Below, piece by piece: positions 28,228-41,049 of a stretch of 64,000 bases of DNA. The translations under genes were made by a program, and so were the position numbers. The stretch covers positions 22,012,001 to 22,076,000 of the forward strand of contig NC_045696.1 of NCBI RefSeq assembly GCF_009834535.1, given 5' to 3'. A model generated the notes under the pieces. The model ran no database searches. It had not been told where the DNA came from and saw only the letters and a list, made by a program, of their open reading frames with translations. How positions within the stretch are numbered: the stretch's first letter is position 1; each line of letters begins with the position of its first letter. The DNA is from Camelus ferus. Its lineage: Eukaryota.

Positions 28228-28849
28228 TGGGTCCAGATCAAGATGATGGAGTAGAAAGACCCTGAGCTCACCTCTTCCCACAGGCACACCAAGATTACAG
28301 CAATTTAAAGAGCAACTATCTCTGAGAACAACTTGAAAACTAGCAGAAAAGATTTCCCACAACTAAAAATATAAAGAAGGAGCCACAACAAAATGTGTAG
28401 GAAGGGTGGACTCACATCCCCAGCACAGTGACCCCGAAACAGAAGGAAAACCACAACCACAGAGCTCTTCCCCAAGGAACAAGGAATCTAGACGTCACAT
28501 TAGGCTCCCCAGCCCAGGGGTCCTGCATGAGAAAGTCAAGTCCTCAAAATGTCTGCCTTTGAGAACCAGCAGGGCTTACATTCAAGAGCTGTAGGAAATC
28601 TAGGCCCTATTCTTAAAGGGTGCATGCAAAAATTCACTCGCTCTAAGACAGTGCAGAGGCTGCAGTTTGAAAATTTCCAGGGTCAGTCCCAATTCCTGAT
28701 CTTGGAGAACTTCTTAGAGAGGCAGAAGGCAGCTGGAAATTTCCGCAGGGATTGAAATACTGGTGACAGCCATATTTGTGATATCATTCTACCATGATGA
28801 CACCAGCACTGGCAGGCACCATTTTGGAATCCTCCATCTAGCCTATTAG

Positions 28850-29365
28850 TGCTAGGGGCTTGCCCCATGCACCAGTACATCTGTAGGAATCAAACATGCC
28901 AGTCCTCACAGCCAGCCGTGCCAAGGTCCTGTCTGGCCGACCACTGCACTCACAGTGATCAGGTGTCACCAGATGTCACTGCCAGATGAGCAAGGGATCT
29001 GCTCCATCCATCAGCATGCCCACAGAGGTCACACTCCACCAGGCTGCCCAGTCAGCCACACTGAGGGCCTGCCATACCCACTAACACAGCCACAGTGGTT
29101 GTACACCACTGGAACTCACAGCCAGCCATGCTGGGGGCCTGTGAACCTCAGGGTGCCCACAGTTGTTGCATACTCCCAATCCACACAGCCAGCCATGCCA
29201 GGGGCCTGCCCTGAACACCAGGGTGCCCACACCAATTATGCATCTCCAAGCTCACAGCCAGCCACACTGGGGTCTACTGTGCCCACTAGCACACCCACAA
29301 CATTGCATGCTCTGGACCACACAGCCAGCCAGGCAGGGAGCCAGCCCCACATACCAGTGTACCTA
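28850..29365 (+). repeat. GC-rich degenerate tandem array (period ~65-70 bp) within the L1 5'UTR
   Basis: cagccagcc-type core near 28908, 29049, 29120, 29185, 29255 and 29322, each followed by ..ggggcctg..cac..gtgcccac-like sequence. Confidence 0.8.
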
Positions 29366-29419
29366 CAGTGTTGGCTCCATCACAACAGAAAGCCATGTGC
29401 ACCCCATGCAGGGAACTCA

Positions 29420-30141
29420 CTGGTTCTCTTTATCATTATTATTCTTTAAATTTTTTTAATTTGGTATCATTTTAGACTTACAGGATAATTGCAAAAATCA
29501 TACAGAGAATCGCCATCTAGGCGTTATCAAGCTTCTCCTAATGTTAACATCTTACAGATCAGTTATCGAAACCAGGAAATTAACACCGGTACAATATTGT
29601 TAGCTAAACTTCAGACTTAAACTGGATTTCCCTAGTTTTTCTAATAAAATTTTCTCTCTGTGTCAGTATCAATCCAGAAGCCCACATTTTATTTAGTTGT
29701 CATGAATCCTTAAGTCTTCTCCAAACTGTGATCATTCCTCTATCTTGATATCTTCTGTGACCTTGATATAGCTGAAGAGTACCAGTTAGGTATTTTGTAG
29801 AATTTTCCTCAGTTTGGATTTTTCTGCTGTTTTCTCAGTGAGTACATTGAGGTTATGAATTTTTAGAAGAATTCCACAGAGGCGATATAGCCTCAGCACA
29901 TGACAAATGTTAATCTTGATCACCTGGTTAAGGTGGTGTCTGCCAAGGTTCTCCACTGAATAGTGTTTCTCCCCGTGGAACACATATTTAAATGGGTCAT
30001 AAATGGGTCATTCTTTGATGTTACACAAAAATCCTGTTTAACCTTAAACTTTCCACCACTAATTTTGGCATCATCAGTGGATCTTGCCGGCAGCAATTAT
30101 TATTGTGGTGTTCTAATGGTGATTTTCTACCTCTCTTGTTT
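29420..30141 (-). mobile_element. 722-bp insert, mostly an old L1MC-type 3' end, flanked by the 11-bp direct repeat CAGGGAACTCA
   Basis: tttagacttacag..ttgcaaaaat..ctaatgttaacatctta..atttagttgtcatg..gttaatcttgatcacctggttaaggtggtgtctgcc resembles antisense L1MC 3'UTR; repeat copies at 29409-29419 and 30142-30152. Confidence 0.8.
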
Positions 30142-31829
30142 CAGGGAACTCATTCTCGTGACCTAAGGGGAGCATGCTGCTGGGCCCCACAGCACATCTA
30201 CATAAGGCCACTTCTCCAAGATCAGAAGACATAATGGATCTCTGCCTAATACAAAGAAACAAACACAGAGAATTAGGCAAGCTAAGGAGATAGAGGAATA
30301 TGTACCAAATGAAAGAACAAGACAGAATCCCAGAAAAATAACCAAATGAAACAGAGACAAGCAATCTACCTGATAAAGAGTTCAAGGTAATGATCACAAA
30401 GTGGCTCACAGAGCTCAGGAGAAAAACGGCTGAACACAGTGAGAACTTCAACAAAAGTTATAAAATATAGAAAGAACCTATCGGAGCTGAGCAGTACAAT
30501 CACTGAAATAGAAATTACACTAAAGGGAATAAACAGTAGATGAGATGATAAAGAAGAATGGATCAGCCATCTGGAAGGTAGAGTAGTAGAAATAACCCAA
30601 GAAGAAGAAAAAAATTAAAAAGAATTAAGAAAGTTAAGGACAGTTTAAGGGACCTCTTGGACAACATCAGGCATAGTCACATTCACATTATACAAGTCCA
30701 AGAAGGAGAAGAGAGAGAGAAAGGGGCAGAGAACATATTTGAAGAAATAATACTAAAAATTCTCTAATCTGAGCAAGGAAACAGACATCTAGGTCAGAAA
30801 GCATAGAGAATATCAAACAAGATGAGCCAAAATAGGTCCAAACCAAGACACACTGTAATTAAAGTGGCAAAATTTAAACATAAAAGAAAAATCTTAAAAG
30901 CAGCAAGATAAAAGCAACTAGTTAAATACAAGGGATCTCTCATAAGACCATGAGCTGACCTTTCAGCAGAAACTCTGCAGGGCAGAAGAGAGTAGCCTGA
31001 TATATTTAGAATGCTGAAAGGAAAAAACCTACAACCAAGAAAGAATATTCTACCCGGCACGGTTATCATTCAGAACCGAAAGAGAGAGAGAGTTTTACAA
31101 GCAAATAAAAGCTTGATGAATTACCATTAAACTGTTTATATCAAGATCTGAATAGGTACTTTCCAAAGAAGACATATGGATGGCCAACAGGCACGTGAAA
31201 AGATGCTCAACATCCCTAATCAGATGCAAACCAAAACCATAATGAGATATCACCTCACACTTGTCAGAACGGCTATTATCAAAAAGATCACAAATAGCAA
31301 ATGTTGGCAAGGATGTAGAGAAAAGGGAACCCTTATACAATGTTACTGGGAATATAAATTGCCACATCAACTTGGAAAATAATATGGAGGTTCCTCAAAA
31401 AACTAAAAATAGAACTACTACATGATCCAGGAATTCTACCACTGCATATATATCTAAAGAAAATAAAAATATCAATTCAAAAAGATACACGCACCCCAAT
31501 GTTCACAGCAGCATTATGTACAATTGCCAAGATATGGAAGCAACCTAAGTGTCCATCCACAAATGAGCGGAGAAAGAAGATGTGGCCATGGATGCCCTTT
31601 TCTCATCCAAGTGGAAGTTTGTTGGCTTATCAAAATGGGCCACAAGAAAGAAACTTACTGGATACGAACATCCAGCGAGTCTTGTAATCTCTGACAGTGT
31701 GCTGTTTTACAGCAGGAATGAAGAGCATCTATTATTACAATGAGTTACTTAATCAGAGATGATTTAAGAGTTTCTACTCGGCTCACAACAGATAATCCAA
31801 TTTTTCTCAATAACAACAAGCTATGTATT

Positions 31830-32615
31830 ATTTTTAATTTTTTGTATGTATGAGACACATTCAAAAAGTATATAAAACATAAATATAAGAGCTTTACAAA
31901 GTGACACACACGTAACCTCCACCCAGGTCAAAAAATGAAACATTAACGGAATCTCTGAGGCCTCCATAACATTCCCTCCCAATTACTATGAACCTCTGTG
32001 CCCCCAAATCAACCTCTACACTGTTCTGGCATTGTAAGTGTGCCTGTTGACAAACCTTAAGTAAATGGAATCTTAAACTTTTATTTTGTCTCACCTCTTT
32101 CCCCTGATACTATGTTTATGACATTAATACACTGTAACTTTTCATAGTAGATCATTAATCTTCTCCGCTGTATCATATTTTTATATAAATATAACTGAAT
32201 TTACATGTCCATTCATTATTGCTGGAAATTCAGTTGTTTCTAGTTTTTTGGCTATTATGAATAATACTGAGATAAATATTTCTGTACCATCTTCTGATGA
32301 AGATAGGTATGAGCTGCAGTTGGATTTTTGTCCCAGAGTGAAATCCCTGGGTCATTCACCGGGTTTGCTCAGCTTTGGTGGGTAGTACTAAACTACAGGA
32401 CTCCCTATGTAACTTTCTGGGCCCAGTGATATGTGACAATCCAGAGCCCTCAGTCAAAAATTATTAAGAATTTCAAGACAGAAAGAGGAGAATATTAAAA
32501 CAAGTGTGGGGCCCTTCTAAGCACAGGGTCCTCCGTGACTGCACAGGTCACTTGTGCATGAGGCTGATCCTGCCAAACTCTTCCCCAAGTGGCTGCACCA
32601 ATTTTTTCACTCCGG
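31830..32615 (-). mobile_element. Old L1ME/MD-type 3' end, interrupted by MER45A
   Basis: gtaacctccacccaggtcaaaaaatgaaacatt..ttgtttctagttttttggctattatgaataat..ccaagtggctgcaccaatt. Confidence 0.75.
32396..32572 (-). mobile_element. MER45A-like hAT MITE with 8-bp TSD
   Basis: Ends cagga..tcctg; aaaaattattaagaatttcaagac..ggggcccttctaagcacaggg..tgactgcacaggtcac matches MER45A (recalled); TSD ctaaacta/ccaaactc (6 of 8). Confidence 0.88.
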
Positions 32616-35254
32616 AGTTTTTTCACATCATTTGGATTAATGGAATTGTGAGTCTTGTAATGGGGTTGAGCGTTTTATGATTACAAGAGCTAGCCCCAGA
32701 ATTCTACCCTAGGAAAAAACATTTGGGGAAACACCTTATTTGATAAAGCTCACAGGGTAAAAGGAGAGATTTGGAAGGAAAAACCAAGGCAACCAAAATG
32801 AACACTGGATTTTATTCATGAGGCAACGTGAGGAATGTATTTCCTTCTGAACAGAGTAGGAAAAATGAGAGGCAAGAAGCAGAAAAGGGAAAGAAGAAAG
32901 AGAAGATTATGACTCAGGGGTGAAAAATGCCCACTAGCAGACTTTCATTAATAAGAGTTTGTAACATTCAATTTTAATTTGCCTGCATTTCTAAATTGTA
33001 AGCATTTCTCCCTGTTTCCCACCAAAAAAATTTCAGGATTGTGTGAGGATAGTTTCTTTGTAAATACTGATATGGAGCCAAGTGCCATAATTAAACAACA
33101 CTCTGTGGAACCAAAAGATGTGGTGTGTTAGACACCAGGGAAAGAGAAGTCCAGCAGAAACAGTAAACTGGAATCAGAGGTGCTCACACGTCCACCCACA
33201 TGCCCTTGGATCTTTCTGGAAGAGCTGACACCTTCACAAAGCATAAAATGTGGGTTCCAGCTGATTTTATTTAAAAGCAGAGTCCACAAGCACTATATGT
33301 TAAGTAGTAGCCATTTCCACATCAACTGATAGCTATCAAGCACACTGCACTGGTTCTCTTCTGAATAGATGTAACCTGATAGGAAAACAGAACTTGGCTT
33401 TCTAGTCAAAACAGAACAGCAATCATCTTTAATACTCAAGGGTTCCAATATATCAGTAGACACTGGGACAGCCCGTAGAAGTGGCAGCATTTCTGCAAAA
33501 ACATGGCAAAACCCGTGGAGAGAGTATGGTGACTAGCGGGATGAGATGGTGTCAACAATAAGTATCATTTTCATCAGTGGGGACTGAAGCAGGATGAGGA
33601 GAAATGGTTCATTCCATGTAACGATTAACCAAAGTTGATGAAAAGCAACCCAGTAATAAGTATATGTGGACTGGGGGTGGTATGGGCTGGGAGAGAGGAG
33701 GGATTTTTTCAGAGAGCTATGTTCCTCAATAGCAAGTTAGAGCAAAAGCCCCTAGAATTCTAGGAGCTTGAAAAGCTTCAAGTTACTCGGCTTCTGGTGC
33801 TGTCAGCTGGTGCTGCCCAGCTGGAGTTTTGACCTCTGTAAGCACATCAAGGACACATTCCTTATTTCATTTATCTTGGTATCCTTGGGCTTTAGCACAG
33901 CATTCAGAATATATGAGGCATTTAAAAATGATCATTAATTAGCTTACATATGAATTAAGTGAGGTGACAAATTTTTATTTAAAAAAAAAATGCAGGAAAT
34001 TCTTTCCACCAGTGAAAGTTACCTGAGAAGTTTATCAAAATGAAAAAGTGAGAAAGTAGAAAGGTTACCCAAAAACCAAAATCATTCTTTATAAAGAACT
34101 AACTGTAAAAAAAGAAATCTAAGCCCCAGTGGTTAAAGGAGCTGAATTTCAAACCAATGTGAAGATTATCAGAACCACGGGAAAATAAAAATGTGTCCAT
34201 GGGGAGACACTGTATTTTTCTTAAAAAAAAAAAAATGAGAAGGGATTAAACAGAATTCTAGTATGACCTTGGACAAATAATTTAACCCATAAAAACCACA
34301 AATCTGATCAGCCTCTCTGTGAGCTTTTTCTGCCCGTGCCCAGGACACTGAACACCCCTGAGAGGACAGAGAGCTCTCAGACTTGTCCCATTACAAATTC
34401 CTGTGGTCTAACTTCAAATGAGCCCTCTGTATTCAGCAATCTCCTAACCACAACCAGGTTTCTCCTTTCAGTGGCTAGTTCAAAAACTCTTTTCTCTGCT
34501 CTCTCCCTACTTCTCCCTCAGCTGATAACCTGTCCAATTTTAATGGAAAATTAAGACACTGTGACTATCAAGTTTTGGTCTTATGCTAATCCCTGTCCTC
34601 ATTTTAGTGCCTACTATCTCTCTGTCAACCCTTCCTCCCCAAAATTATGATGAAGATGTTTCCCTTTCACTCTCCAAAGATTATTCCTCTACGTTCTCAG
34701 TCACACCCCTTCCTAATTTCTGTGGACCTTGAATCTCATACTTAACCATCTCCCCAGCATCTTTTCCACACTGCTGGATTTCTACACTTTTTATGATTCC
34801 AAAGATGCAAATGTATAGCCTAACTTTAAGAAAAAAACATAATAAAACAAAAACCTTCTACTGACTTCTGTTGAAGTAGTTCACCTTCTCAGTATTATGA
34901 AAGTCCTCTGAACTACCAAATTTTTCAAAGTGATCTCTGCTTGATAACATTTTTCCTTTACTCCACCTTGTAATATCTTTAACTCCTTGAAAAGGATTTA
35001 AGGGTTTATGTCCTAACTTTCAAATCACCTTCCACCCTTACTTCATCCTTTTTAATAATGATTTATTCTCCCAAACCAAAATGATTAAGGCTATCCTGCT
35101 AGGTTCGCCTAAATCTTTGCACCTCACAACCCATCAGTCACCAAGTCTTGCAATTCTTCCTTGACACTGACTTTTAGATGGGTCTCTTGTTCTTCATGCC
35201 TAAATCCTTAACCATTTATGCTTGGGATGCTGAAATTGCCTACTAGCTACTTAT

Positions 35255-35520
35255 ATAAGCTAAGAAGTGCTGTGTCAATAAATGATCCCAGAATCTCAAT
35301 GACTAACAGTAAGAGAGTTTATTTCAACTTTGAAATATGGGTCCTTGGGGGACTCCATCTCATGCTTCTTAACCCTGAGAGTCAAGGTGATGAAGAAGCC
35401 CTTGTCTAAAAAATTGCCAGTCTCACAGAAAAAAGAAAAGACAACATGGCAAACCACAGTGCAGCTCCCGAAGCTTCTGCTTGGAAGGGGCACTCATCCC
35501 TTTTCGTTGTTTCCCAATAG
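35255..35520 (-). mobile_element. Old MaLR LTR fragment (MLT1J/K-like)
   Basis: tgctgtgtcaataaatgatcccagaatctcaatgact..gtttatttc..aagcttctgcttggaagggg. Confidence 0.6.
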
Positions 35521-35984
35521 CACATCCCCTCTGTCCTCATGCTCTCCTCCCCATCCCCCACCCCCACCCCAACCAGCACTCCCTCTGCAAAACCTACACG
35601 TTCTTCAACACTCTCAGACAATAGTTCCTTGTATACATCAAGGCACTCCAGATCCCTCTCCAGTAATTCTTCCCTAATTATTGTCTGTGCTGCCCTCCTT
35701 AGAGTTTCTGTATGTCAGATTACAATGCTAGTATATATGTGGCCAATTTGCACAGTAATTGCATCTATATCTCTAACTTCTCCAACTATGTTGTATGTAT
35801 TTTGTGATCAAGAATAATTCTCTATAATTGTCATTTAAATTCTTGATTTTTGCTTATTTCCAAACAATCAGGAATGTCTCTGATATAAAACAATTTGTAA
35901 TTTCTCTAAGGCACACCATGAGATAGTCATGCTCCTAACTAGAGTGAGCTTGGTGGGGCGTATAGAGGAAATACAGAGTAATGA

Positions 35985-36245
35985 ATGGTAAATGTGGTTA
36001 TGAATGCTGGTTCTAGAAATAGCCTACCCAGGTTCAAATCCATGGCTCCATCACTTACAAACTGGGTGACCGTTAGCAAGTTACTTAAAATTTTTTTTGC
36101 CACATTATCTCTTATTTGAAGAGTATATTAATATGATTATATCACATGGTTGCTTTAATGAAAAAATAAATACATAAAAAGTGATTACAAAACTGATTGG
36201 TACATATTAAGCCCTCAATAAAGATTAGGTGTTGTTGCTGCTACT
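35985..36245 (+). mobile_element. MIR SINE, near full length
   Basis: B-box-like ggttcaaatcc, tcacttac..ggtgacc..gcaagttactt core, tail gccctcaataaa. Confidence 0.8.
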
Positions 36246-37401
36246 ATTAGTGGGAAGTCTACTATCTCAAAAGAACTTTGTTATTTTCTACTCTTATGAC
36301 CATCAAGAATAAAGTATATGAGGAAACACATTCTCCAGTGGTACTTGCAAATCTGGTGTTAGGAAATATTGCTAAAATATTCCAAATACTTACATTTCTT
36401 ATGTTCCCTATAGCACTGAGGGCTGTCCTGGATCCATTCAAGATGTTCAATAACTATTTGTTGGTTGGCATGACCTCTCATCTCTCAGCTTCCAAATCTT
36501 AAAAACAGGAATAATATCTAAATTACATATTTAAATTACCAAGTTATTTTAAATATATAATCTTGAATTTGTTTTAGAAAACAAAATAAAACAAAATATA
36601 CGCACATAAATTTATTCTGATAATAATGAAAGTGGGAAATGGGATATTTGGGGTGACAGGAGAAAACAAAAAAGATTAAATAAATGTTGCTATTCAGCAT
36701 TAGAGGAGATAGAGATCATATGGGGATATTTATGGAGAAAATGTTACAACAAAGTTAAAAGTGGCCAAATAACACAACATTCTTGCTTTGAAGTCAGAAA
36801 AGCAAAAAGTGACAGACTTTGAGACATTCTACGAAAAAAAAATCAAATTCTTGCAATGACTTGAATATAAAGGGAGAAAAGGAAAAAAAGGATCATGGTT
36901 GAGAAAATGCCCAAGTTTAAAACATGTATGAAATCTCTACTGACAATCTGGAAGAATTAAAAAACAAGACCTAGGGGTGAGTGTAAGGTAGGGGGGTGGT
37001 GTAGGGGAGAGAGCAAGAGAGTGAGGGAGAACGGAAAATGAACAAACTGTGTATGAACAAAATAGCTTTCCATTGTCACTTACCAAATTCTGTTGGGTGC
37101 TGAAATGTCTCTGACTCCAGGGCTTTAAGAAGTTATTTATCCTATTCTCAGCATTTTGAGGTATATTTTCCTCCATGTATTCTGTTTTATTTTACTTATT
37201 TGTACTCTTCTATAAGAAACTAACTTTTCAAATGTGTCATTAAAATGGCAAATTTGCCACTTCAACTGAAAGCTAGTTTGGAAATGACTGTTAGTGATAA
37301 TATTCGTATCATGAAAGTACATAATTGCAACCTGGCAAAGACATTAGTTTGATATATAAAAATATCCTGTGTCTGTTTCTGCAATATATGTTCGTTTCCA
37401 A

Positions 37402-37426
37402 ACACACACACACACACACACACACA
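37402..37426. repeat. (CA)n microsatellite
   Basis: About 12 uninterrupted AC units. Confidence 0.95.
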
Positions 37427-38039
37427 ACATTGCTTCTGTAGTGGATTTCCATTTGGAAGAAATAAAATGTTCTTGACTTAACGTGTTGGCTTTCTATTAA
37501 AGGGTATGTTTCTTGCCAACAAACCATTAGATTACCAGTGTTCAATGTTAGAAATAGTTTCTTAGTGAAAAATAAAATTGTACCATCATTGGATCTCATC
37601 TTTTAGTTTAAGTGGATCTCTAGTGACTGTCATACATACATGGGATCCAGGTTGGAATTTATCACTAATACTATCTTGGTATGGAAATTGAGACATAGAT
37701 TTGTTATTTCTAAGCCTACTTTCTTAAACTATATCATAATATAGGTTCAAAAACATAACTCAGCACAGTAACAGTCAGAGTTGAGAAGCAAATGGGTCCC
37801 ACTGTCCTTTACCCATCCCTAAACATTCCTCCTCTTACTGTTACTCCAAAGTTCTTGGTGGTTTCCACAGCAATGGAAGTGGAGAGAGGTCCGTTTTGAA
37901 ACAAGACTAACCTTTTACTCTCCTACTCAACAATGTTATATATAGTTCATCTTTTTCTGTAGCTTAAGTTCCCAAACCTTTATATTACAGATCAGTTCTC
38001 CAACTTGAGCCCTATCACCCAATTTGCAATTATTCTCTA

Positions 38040-38420
38040 GTTTGTTTTCTGAATGTACCTACCATGCTCATCCCTTCTCCATCTCTGTACAAGCTGTTCT
38101 TCCTCGCACACCCTCCCTTTCTCTCTGTATCTGAACCCGATCTGCTCTCTAGGAATCTGCTCAAGGGCCTCTTTCTGTGTGTAGGATCTCGAACTAGCCC
38201 CTTTAATCCTGAAGCATGCCACTCACTCTTCTGCATTAGTTATCTGTACCTCTATGGTCACCGATGTTTTCATGTGTGCTAGTCTTGGGACTCCAGGGAG
38301 ATTATAAATTCACTGAAGACAGCATTATGACTTATCCTCCTTTTTATACTGTGTAGTAAATTGCAACACAGGACTAGCACAGAGATTTGCAAAGAATAAT
38401 TGCTTGATAAATATGAATGT
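38040..38420 (+). mobile_element. L2 LINE 3' fragment
   Basis: Pyrimidine-rich sense-L2 pattern (gctgttcttcctc..tctgctcaaggg..agattataaattcactgaagacag..). Confidence 0.55.
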
Positions 38421-40499
38421 TAATTCTTATAAAACCTTTAAAGAGCTGAAAGATGAGAATCCTAACGTTCAAGCTTCAAGTTCATTCATGGTCACCATGT
38501 TACTGGAACTTTTTTGACCCTTTCTTAACCTATTCAACATAATGTAATGAGGAATCACCAAATACTTCTGCCTGAATCATCTACTTGCACTATTTCTGTT
38601 AACAATAAGCTAAATTTTACTCCATCAAAGTCAGCCTCATGAAAAAAGGAAGAGAATTTCTATTCTGTACTTTGGACAGATGGAAGAGCAGCTACATCTT
38701 TCATTTATTCTTTTAGGGTTTTATTCATTTATTGAATAACTATTTAGCGAAAGCCTACTATACACAAAGGATAAACCTGCTAAGGACCAAAATGCTACCA
38801 TTCTATGATCCATTCCTTTATGCCTTAAACATCTTCTAATCTTCACATATCCTCTATTCAATGCAAATACACCAGATAGAAGAAACATTTTGAACCACTA
38901 TTAGGTAACACCTTTACCAGGATCACTTGATCCCCTTCTAAGAACAAGAATGGTGCCTGGAGAGCCAGAAACAGAAAGTACTAAAAGAAGATGTGTTAAG
39001 TGGTAATAACAAGCCGCACCTATAATCTGGTCTAGAAAATGACCAAATCTCCTTTGATAGAGCAGAGCCGGGATGTGTTCAGCTCTCTCCCATTTGCCTG
39101 GGACCAATCTTCAAATTTTCTTCACTCTAGGATACATATCTTTGAAGGTTCTTCTGCCCGGGATAGGACATAGAGAGAAAGGCAATCTCCAAAATAGCCC
39201 CAATAAAGTCAAACAACCATTATCTGGTCACATTATCTGGGATAAGGGGAAGCTCTTACTTTGTTATCCACAGTAGCTAACTTAAACATTTGGCCTTGTT
39301 TAAATAATGCATTTTGAGACCCCAAGCAAGTGTAGTTCCTTTGTCTAACCAAAAATGAAAAAGAAGAATCTTTTTTTCATTTCACAAAGAAAAGGCCAAA
39401 CTTCCATAAAATGCCAATACAAATATCAGCACATGTTATGTTTAATTAGTTGGACTAATAGGAATGATCAGGTCAGGGAATGTCTCTGAACGAGCTTTTT
39501 AAGGTTTTCATCCTGAGCTCTGAGAACTGAGCTGTGCGGTTTTGCTGCCCTCTTGAGGAGAGTTAAGCATCACCTCTACTAGCTGGACTGACATTCTCAT
39601 TACATTACCATATGTTTACTGAAACTGATTAACTGACTGACTATATTAATCAAGTCAAAAATTAAAATAGTAATTATTACAATATAAAACTTCTTTTAAA
39701 CATCTCAAAGAACCAATAATCACTACAAACAACCAATAGAAGTTATTGGGTCTACTATTTGCCTTTAATGGACAATTATCATGGAATAATCATTTACTCA
39801 AAGGTATTCAGAAAGTGTGCTACACACTTGCAGTCCTGGATTCCCTGTATAAAATGCACCAAATAAAATAACCCCTAAAAAAGAATAACTCAAATTCAAT
39901 ATAAATAAATTTATTCGTTTATTTGCAGGGGTATTTGAAATTTGTAGATATTTTGCTGGAAATATTGCTGTTTCTACAATTTAAATCTTTCTCCCAATTC
40001 ACAATAGTAGAAAAGCAAATCACATAACCCGTAGCTCCCAGTTTATTTATTCAACAGGATTTATTTAGAGTCTCCTGTGTGCTCCTTCTGAATTATCCCA
40101 AAGGTCGGCTGAGAAGCTGATGAATTATTTAATTCTCTCCTGCCACCCTATGATTCTCCTTCTGACGCTTCAAGTGTGTGACCAAATTTACACACAGCAC
40201 AAAAGTCAGCTATCAATGCATTCATCCTCACTCCTTCTCCACCTGAACAATCAAACTATTAACATGTATTAAGAATTCACTTCCTGCACAGTTTGAAAGT
40301 TCTAAAATTTTATAGTGAGGAATTGAGAGTCAACTTTCCCCCCTTCCTACTCTCTGCTGTCACTAATCATGGGATATTTTAACTCTGCCTTATTGAGTTT
40401 TCTTAACCCTTTCCCACACCTCTGAAAACAGCCCTTCCATTAAATTCTCCTCCATTATTCCATTTAAGTATTTGCTATCTCTTTCTTGCCAGGACCCTG

Positions 40500-41030
40500 A
40501 CTAATACACTCAGCAAGAAATGTAAGAAATTTGCAAAAATGTGCAAAATTTGTATGAAGAGACTTTAAAATATTAGTAATGAACACAAAAATAGGTGTGA
40601 AAAAAATGGAAAAGCACACCATATTCTTGATTAGGAAAACTCAACATAATAAAAGTGCAAATCCCCATTAATTAATCCATAATTTTTAATTGATCCTAGT
40701 AAAAATACTAGCAATACTTATAACTAAGGAAACTAATCTTAAAGTTTATATCAAAATATAACAAGCAAAAGTAAACAAGAAAATTCTGAAGAGGAACACA
40801 GAAGAACTAGCCCTACTGTTTATAAAATAAGTTATAAAGCTACAATATTAACACAATACCTCCTCAAAAATTGATTAAAAAATTCATTGAGAGAAAAGAG
40901 AAAGTGCAAACACAGACCTAAACATATAAAAATACTTTAGTATGTCATAAAAGTGTTATTTCAAATCAGTTGAAGAAGATGAATTGTTCAATAAATGATT
41001 TGGGGACAATCCAAACATTAACTGAAAAAA
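40500..41030 (+). mobile_element. Old L1M ORF2 (post-RT) fragment
   Basis: aaatggaaaagcacaccatattcttgattaggaaaactcaacat (KWKxxPCSWIGRLNI-like), tataaagctaca, ttcaataaatgatttggggacaa (FNKWCWxN-like). Confidence 0.75.
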
Positions 41031-41049
41031 GTAAGCTTCTTTCTCTTTT

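Larger units (their letters stand above)
28229..31585 (+). mobile_element. L1 with 5'UTR and decayed ORF1 joined directly to the ORF2 C-terminus; 3'-truncated
   Basis: 5' start caagatgatggagtagaaagaccctgagctcacc; ORF1 remnant RDLLDNIRHSHIHIIQVQEGEEREKGAENIFEEII (~30650-30750) and ADLSAETLQGRRE; ORF2 C-terminal ORFs 31176..31382 (MQTKTIMRYHLTLVRTAIIKK..KCWQGCREKGT) and 31499.. (MFTAALCTIAKIWKQPKCPS). Confidence 0.92.

Noticed and set aside
28850..29365. Periodic repeats resembling a CRISPR-like array
   Set aside because: Mammalian context; the units are degenerate tandem copies without unique spacers and lie within an L1 5'UTR.
28955..29459. 164-aa and 98-aa Pro/His/Gln-rich ORFs
   Set aside because: By-products of the GC-rich tandem array in the L1 5'UTR.
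31588..31743. 51-codon ORF with strong Kozak context (gccATGG) right after the L1 truncation point
   Set aside because: Short, no recognisable homology, and no polyA or TSD to suggest a retrocopy; compatible with chance.
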